Shown here piece after piece: positions 58,722 to 64,000 of a stretch of 64,000 bases of DNA. Source of the DNA: an uncultured Chloroflexia bacterium (GTDB taxonomy: Bacteria; Chloroflexota; Limnocylindria; Limnocylindrales; CSP1-4); the NCBI GenBank assembly GCA_963833225.1, contig CAWHXD010000019.1, positions 192,001 through 256,000 on the forward strand, given 5' to 3'. How positions within the stretch are numbered: the first letter of the stretch is position 1; the number at the start of each line of letters is the position of its first letter. The translations under genes were made by a program, and so were the position numbers. Below the pieces are notes generated by a model. It was given only the letters and a program-made list of their open reading frames with translations, searched no databases and was not told where the DNA came from.

Positions 58722-61416
58722 GACGACACCGCCTTCCAGTCCCCAGCCTATCGAGATCATCCTGCCCATCGAGGGCATGACCTGCGCCTCGTGCGTCAAC
58801 CGGATTGAGCGCTTTCTCAACAAGACGCCCGGCGTCAGCGGGGCCGCGGTGAACCTCGCCACCGAGAAGGCGACGGTCGCTGTCGATCCCGCCCTCGTCG
58901 GCCGCGACGAGCTGGTCAAGGCCGTCGAGGCCGCCGGCTACGAGGTCCGCGCCGAGGCCGCCGCCGACGGTGCCGCGACCACCGAATCGCTCGATGCCGA
59001 GCTGTCGGCCGAGGACCTCGAGCGTGAGCGTGCCCAGCGGCACACGCTGTTCCAGGCCGGCGTCGCCATCGCCGCCGCGGTCGTGTTCATGGCTGCCATG
59101 TTCACGCCCCAGACGCGGATCGCGATGGTGGACATCAACAAGCTGATCCTGTGGCCGGCGACCTTCATCCAGTTCTGGGCGGGCGCCCGGTTCTACCGGG
59201 CGGCGTGGCGCGCGGGCCGGCACGGCGGAGCGACCATGGACACGCTCGTCGCCGTCGGCACCAGCGCCGCCTGGGGCTACTCGGTGTTCGTCACCATGTG
59301 GCCGGAGATCATCCACGCCGCGGGCCTGTACCCGGAGACGTACTTCGACTCGGCCACGATCATCCTGGGCCTGATCCTGCTCGGAAAGTGGCTGGAGGCG
59401 CGGGCCAAGGGCCGCACGACCGGCGCGATCCGCCGCCTCGTCGGGCTGCAAGCCACCACCGCCCGCCGGATCCGCGACGGGATCGAGGAGGACGTGGAGC
59501 TCGCGATCGTCGTGCCCGGCGACCTGCTGCGCGTCCGCCCCGGTGACAAGGTCCCGGTCGACGGCGTCGTGGTCGAGGGGAGCTCGGCGGTTGACGAGTC
59601 GATGCTCACCGGCGAGCCGATCCCGGCCACCAAGGGGGCCGGTGACGAGGTCATCGGCGCGACCATCAACACGACCGGGTCGTTCGTGATGCGCGCCACC
59701 CGCGTCGGGCGGGACACGGCTCTCGCGAGGATCGTGGACCTGGTCCAGCGGGCCCAGGGCTCCAAGGCCCCGATCCAGCGCATGGCCGACCGGATCAGCG
59801 AGATCTTCGTCCCGGCCGTGTTGGTCACTGCCGCGGCCACGTTCGTGATCTGGCTGGTGTTCGGTCCCGAGCCCCGGTTCACCCTTGCGCTAACGGCCTT
59901 CATCGGCGTCGTGATCATCGCCTGCCCGTGCGCGATGGGCCTGGCCACGCCGACCGCGATCATGGTCGGGACCGGCAAGGGCGCCGAGGCGGGCATCCTG
60001 GTCCGGGGCGGCGAGGCGCTGGAGGCCGCGGGGCGCATCGACACCGTCGTCATGGACAAGACCGGCACGCTGACGCTCGGTCGGCCCGCCGTCACCCGCG
60101 TGGTCCCGGCGCCCGGTTTCGACGAGGCCCGGGTCCTGGACCTCGCCGCGAGCCTCGAGACCGGGTCCGAGCACCCGCTGGGCGAGGCGATCGTCCGCAG
60201 GGCGCGCGAGACGGAGCTGGGGTTCGCGAGGGTCGACCAGTTCGAGGCCGTGGTCGGACGGGGCGTCAGCGGTTCGATCGATGGCGTCGGGGTGCTCGTC
60301 GGCAGCCGGCGCATGCTCGAGGAGCGCAGCGCGGACCTGGCCGCCCTCGTGGGCGACGCGGAGGCGATCGCGGCCGACGGGGGGACCGTCGTCTACGTCG
60401 CGATCGACGGGGTGGCCGCGGGGCTGGTTGCGATCACGGATCCCGTCAAGGCCGAATCGGCCGAGGCCGTGCGGGAGCTGCGGGCGTCGGGTCTCGCGGT
60501 CTGGCTCCTGACCGGTGACGCGCGCGCCACCGCCCAGGCCGTGGGCCGCCAGGTTGGGATCGAGGCCGACCACGTCATCGCCGAGGTCCTCCCGGGCGAC
60601 AAGGACGCGGTCGTCGAGCGTCTCCAGGGCGAAGGCCACCGGGTCGCCATGGTGGGCGACGGCATCAACGACGCGCCGGCCCTGGCCCGCGCCGACCTCG
60701 GCGTGGCCATCGGCACCGGCGCCGACGTCGCGATCGAGGCGTCCGACATCACCCTCGTGGGTGGCGACCCGCGCCTCGTGGGCTCCGCCATCGCGCTGTC
60801 CAAGGCGACGATCCGGGTCATTCGCCAGAACCTGTTCTGGGCGTTCGCCTACAACGTGCTGCTCATCCCGATCGCCATGGGCGCGCTCTACCCGACCCTT
60901 GGGATCACGCTCAACCCCGCGCTCGCCGCCGCCGCGATGGCCCTGTCCAGCGTGAGCGTCGTGACCAACTCGTTGCGCCTGCGGGGCGTCGACGTGCGGC
61001 CCGGCCACGTGACCAGGCTCCGCCAGGGGCCGATCGGGCTGGTGCGGGACGGCGCGTTCCTGGTGGTCGTTGCGGCCATCGGCCTGGCGCTGGCGGGCGG
61101 TGTCCTGGCTGCGGATCGTGTGGTTGACGGGGCGCTGCCCACGGTCGAGATCGTCGCCCGGGACACGGGGTTCCAGCCCGACACCTGGACCGTGACGGCC
61201 GGTCAGTGGACGGTGCTCGAGCTGCACAACGAGGGAACGGTGGTCCGCGACTGGGTGGTGGATGGCGTCCCGAACGTCGAGCTGATTGCCCGTCCGGGCC
61301 AGACCGCAACGCTGCGGTTCGTGCTGGACACGCCGGGGGAGTACGCGGTCGGGAGCTCGGTCGGCGGTCATGCCGGCGGCGGCCCGGCAGGCACGCTGGT
61401 CGTCCGGGCGCCGTAG
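58720..61416 (+). CDS. copA: Cu(I) P1B ATPase with C-terminal cupredoxin-like extension
   Basis: [39 protein letters not shown]. Confidence 0.92.
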   Translation: MTTPPSSPQPIEIILPIEGMTCASCVNRIERFLNKTPGVSGAAVNLATEKATVAVDPALVGRDELVKAVEAAGYEVRAEAAADGAATTESLDAELSAEDLERERAQRHTLFQAGVAIAAAVVFMAAMFTPQTRIAMVDINKLILWPATFIQFWAGARFYRAAWRAGRHGGATMDTLVAVGTSAAWGYSVFVTMWPEIIHAAGLYPETYFDSATIILGLILLGKWLEARAKGRTTGAIRRLVGLQATTARRIRDGIEEDVELAIVVPGDLLRVRPGDKVPVDGVVVEGSSAVDESMLTGEPIPATKGAGDEVIGATINTTGSFVMRATRVGRDTALARIVDLVQRAQGSKAPIQRMADRISEIFVPAVLVTAAATFVIWLVFGPEPRFTLALTAFIGVVIIACPCAMGLATPTAIMVGTGKGAEAGILVRGGEALEAAGRIDTVVMDKTGTLTLGRPAVTRVVPAPGFDEARVLDLAASLETGSEHPLGEAIVRRARETELGFARVDQFEAVVGRGVSGSIDGVGVLVGSRRMLEERSADLAALVGDAEAIAADGGTVVYVAIDGVAAGLVAITDPVKAESAEAVRELRASGLAVWLLTGDARATAQAVGRQVGIEADHVIAEVLPGDKDAVVERLQGEGHRVAMVGDGINDAPALARADLGVAIGTGADVAIEASDITLVGGDPRLVGSAIALSKATIRVIRQNLFWAFAYNVLLIPIAMGALYPTLGITLNPALAAAAMALSSVSVVTNSLRLRGVDVRPGHVTRLRQGPIGLVRDGAFLVVVAAIGLALAGGVLAADRVVDGALPTVEIVARDTGFQPDTWTVTAGQWTVLELHNEGTVVRDWVVDGVPNVELIARPGQTATLRFVLDTPGEYAVGSSVGGHAGGGPAGTLVVRAP

Positions 61417-61440
61417 CCGCGCTCGTCCTAGACTCGAGCC

Positions 61441-61956
61441 ATGACCGACGAGCAGGCCACGCCCACCCGATCCCGGATCGAGGTTCCGCCCGATCCGCGT
61501 GATCTGGCCGGCGACTTCCCGCACCGCTTCGCGGTCACCATCCGGTTCGGCGACACGGACGCGATGGGTCACACCAACAACTCGCGGTTCCTCACCTTTT
61601 GCGAGTCGGCGCGGATCGACTACTGGGAGGCCGCGACCGGCGGGCCGTTCGCGCTCGTCACCCACGGCGCGCAGGAGTCGCTGATCCTGGCCGAGATCCG
61701 CGTCACCTATCGCAGCCCGTCGTACTTCGGCGAGCCGCTGGTCGTGGAGTCGCGGCTGGGGCGCCTCGGCCGGACGTCGTTCACGCTTGAGCACCGGGTG
61801 ACCGCCCAACCGTCGGCGCGGGGCGGGGCGCGCCTGGTGGCCACCGCGGAGGACGTGCTGGTCCTGTACGACTACGCGACCGCGCGCCCCCGGGTGATCC
61901 CCGATGCGCTGATCGCGTGCCTCGAAGCGTACGAGGGCAAACCGCTCCGCCCTTGA
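61441..61956 (+). CDS. Acyl-CoA thioesterase (4HBT/YbgC-like)
   Basis: DTDAMGHTNN. Confidence 0.85.
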   Translation: MTDEQATPTRSRIEVPPDPRDLAGDFPHRFAVTIRFGDTDAMGHTNNSRFLTFCESARIDYWEAATGGPFALVTHGAQESLILAEIRVTYRSPSYFGEPLVVESRLGRLGRTSFTLEHRVTAQPSARGGARLVATAEDVLVLYDYATARPRVIPDALIACLEAYEGKPLRP

Positions 61957-61975
61957 GACGGCGGCGTGGCGCCGG

Positions 61976-62113
61976 GTTCAGGCGCTCGGCGCTTACCGGC
62001 GCGCGTTCAGCGCTCGGCGCCCGCCGGCGCGTTCAGGCGCCCGGCGCCCGCCGGCGCGTTCAGGCGCCCGGCGCCCGCCGGCGCGTTCAGGCGCTCGGCG
62101 CCCGAACCGGCGC
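61976..62113. repeat. ~27-bp tandem repeat, ~5 copies
   Basis: GTTCAGGCGCCCGGCGCCCGCCGGCGC units. Confidence 0.85.
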
Positions 62114-62221
62114 GTCGCGGGACAGACTGGGCGTCTGGCGCCCTGCTCGTCGCGCGATACCGGTCTCCAGCGGACAGATGGGTCGCCCGGCGCCCGTCCC
62201 GTCGCAGCGTGCAACCGTTGA

Positions 62222-62377
62222 GGCGCCCGGCGCCCGGCGCCCGGCGCCCGGCGCCAGGTGTGAGGTGTGAGGTGCCCGGCGCCAGGTGCCCGGCGCCCGG
62301 CGCCAGGTGTGAGGTGTGAGGCGCGAGGCGCGAGGTGCCCGGCGCGAGGCGCGAGGCGCCCGGTGCTCAGCGCCCGG
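62222..62377. repeat. Heptamer tandem array, ~22 variant units
   Basis: GGCGCCC / GGCGCCA / GGTGTGA / GGTGCCC / GGCGCGA in a 7-nt register. Confidence 0.85.
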
Positions 62378-62402
62378 ACCCGGCGGCCGAGCCGCCCCGG
62401 CC

Positions 62403-63668
62403 CTAACCCTGGTAGCGGCGGAAGATCGCGACCGCGTTCTGGCCCCCGAAGCCGAAGCCGTTGATGGCCACGGTGTCCAGCTTGGCCTTGCGCGCGACGA
62501 GCGGCACGTAGTCGAGGTCGCACTCCGGGTCCGGCGTATGGAGGTTCGCGGTGGGCGAGATGACCTGGTCACGGATACCGCCAAGAGCGGCCAGCGCCGA
62601 CGCGATCCCGGCGGCCCCCACGAGGTGCCCGATCATCGACTTGGGGGAGCTGATGGCGCGGGTGGAGGCCGCGGATCCGTAGGCCGCTTTGATGGCTCGC
62701 GTCTCGGTGGCGTCGTTGAGCGAGGTGGAGGTGCCGTGCGCGACGATCCAGTCGATCTCGTCCGGCGCCACGCCCGAGTTGCGCAACGCGTTGGCCATCG
62801 CCCTTGCCTGGCCGCGGCCGGTGGGATCGGGCGCCGAGATATGGAACGCGTCTGCCGTGAGCGCCCCGCCCAGCACCTCGGCGATCGGCGTGGCGCCGCG
62901 GTTCAGCGCGTGCTCCAGGGACTCGACCACGACCACCCCGGCGCCCTCGCCCAGCACGAACCCGTCGCGGGTGGCGTCGAACGGCCGCGAGGCGGTCTCC
63001 GGCGAGTCGTTCCGCTTGGACAGCGCGGTCATGTTCGAGAGCGCCGCGACCCCCATCGGCACGATCGGTGCCTCGGATCCGCCGGTGAGCACCACGTCGG
63101 CCTCGCCGGTGTCGATCAGCCGAAGCGCGTCGTGGAAGGCGATGACGGACGTGGCGCAGGCGGCGACCTGGGTCATGACGGGACCGGTCAGGCCCCACTC
63201 CATCGACAGCAGGCAGCTCGCCATGGACCCCGACAGCGCGGGCACCGCAAACGCCGACACGAACCGCGGCCCCTTGGTGTCATGGACGTGCGTGCCCTCG
63301 ATGATCGACTCGATCCCGCCGCCCCCGGTGTTGACCACGACCCCGACGCGGTCCCGCTGCTCGGGCGTCATGGCCGCGAAATCGATCCCGGAGTTGGCGA
63401 CGGCCTCCTTGCCCGCGCCCATCGCAAGGTGGATGAACCGGCTCATCCGCCGGGCCATCTTGCCGTCCATGACGGTGCGGGGCTCGAAGTCGAGGACCTC
63501 GGCCGCGATCTGGACCTCGAACTCGGACGCGTCGAACGAGGTGATCCGCCGGGTGCCGGTCACGGCGCGCTGGAGGTTGCCCCAGTAGGTCTCGAAGTCG
63601 TTGCCGATCGGCATCACCGCGCCGAGACCCGTGATGACGGCGCGGCGAGCGGGGTCGGACGAGGGCAC
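62403..63668 (-). CDS. fabF: 3-oxoacyl-ACP synthase II
   Basis: AACATS, SRPFD, AHGTST, KSMIGHLVGAAG, NGFGFGGQN. Confidence 0.92.
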   Translation of the reverse strand: MPSSDPARRAVITGLGAVMPIGNDFETYWGNLQRAVTGTRRITSFDASEFEVQIAAEVLDFEPRTVMDGKMARRMSRFIHLAMGAGKEAVANSGIDFAAMTPEQRDRVGVVVNTGGGGIESIIEGTHVHDTKGPRFVSAFAVPALSGSMASCLLSMEWGLTGPVMTQVAACATSVIAFHDALRLIDTGEADVVLTGGSEAPIVPMGVAALSNMTALSKRNDSPETASRPFDATRDGFVLGEGAGVVVVESLEHALNRGATPIAEVLGGALTADAFHISAPDPTGRGQARAMANALRNSGVAPDEIDWIVAHGTSTSLNDATETRAIKAAYGSAASTRAISSPKSMIGHLVGAAGIASALAALGGIRDQVISPTANLHTPDPECDLDYVPLVARKAKLDTVAINGFGFGGQNAVAIFRRYQG

Positions 63669-63777
63669 GGTTCACACCTTCCTGGATCTCACGGGCGCGG
63701 TCGGGGGTCGTCGGGATTGTAGCGAAGGGCGGAACCCGGTTCCCGCGGGGAGCCGGGTTGGGGTCGGTGCCGGGTGC

Positions 63778-64000
63778 CTAGCGGCCGTCCCAGCGCTTGA
63801 AGATGATGGCCCCGTTGTGGCCGCCCAGGCCGATGTTGTTGGATAGCGCGTGGCGGATCGGCATCTCGATCGTCTCCGGTACGACCCACAGATCGCACTC
63901 GGGATCGAAGTCCCGGTAGTTGATGGTGCCGGGTGCGCGCTGGTCGGCCACCGTCATGACCGTTGCGAAGGCCTCGAACCCGCCGGCAGCGCCCATCATG
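63778..64000 (-). CDS. Second beta-ketoacyl-ACP synthase (3' end only)
   Basis: MGAAGGFEA, PGTIN, SNNIGLGGHN. Confidence 0.8.
   Translation of the reverse strand, partial: MMGAAGGFEAFATVMTVADQRAPGTINYRDFDPECDLWVVPETIEMPIRHALSNNIGLGGHNGAIIFKRWDGR

Noticed and set aside
61976-62377. CRISPR array
   Set aside because: Repeats are head-to-tail with no unique spacers, and there are no cas genes.
63778-63810. Third KRW-ending peptide
   Set aside because: IIFKRWDGR is simply the C-terminus of the ketosynthase; it lacks DGA and Trp is not terminal.

Overview
High-GC bacterial chromosomal window. The gene content suggests Chloroflexota (possibly Limnocylindria-like), but that is inference only. Layout: MFS transporter, lipase-like hydrolase and initiator tRNA-Met; a ~13 kb sugar/cyclitol catabolic cluster (UroD/MtaA-like protein, corrinoid protein, Hyi-like isomerase, inositol dehydrogenase, PanB-like enzyme, two P450s plus a VanB-type reductase, LacI, sugar ABC transporter) tied together by four copies of a TAGAGCGCTCTA operator; a FadR-linked split molybdenum hydroxylase operon; a PadR operon; a heme-copper oxidase cluster with Cu assembly genes; ferredoxin/proC/proDH; a GAF two-component cluster; korAB flanked by CBS proteins; a dapB-dapA-dapD-lysA operon; copA; tandem repeats; and two fabF-like genes. 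Many genes have single-base frameshifts, most likely long-read consensus errors. Top unexplained signals: (1) two paralogous 31-33 aa peptide genes, both ending in DGAKRW-stop; (2) a Lys-Lys-Lys leader peptide with alternative hairpins ahead of the lysine operon, a candidate ribosome-mediated lysine attenuator; (3) a predicted O-methyl-inositol/sugar demethylation regulon combining P450 and corrinoid chemistry.
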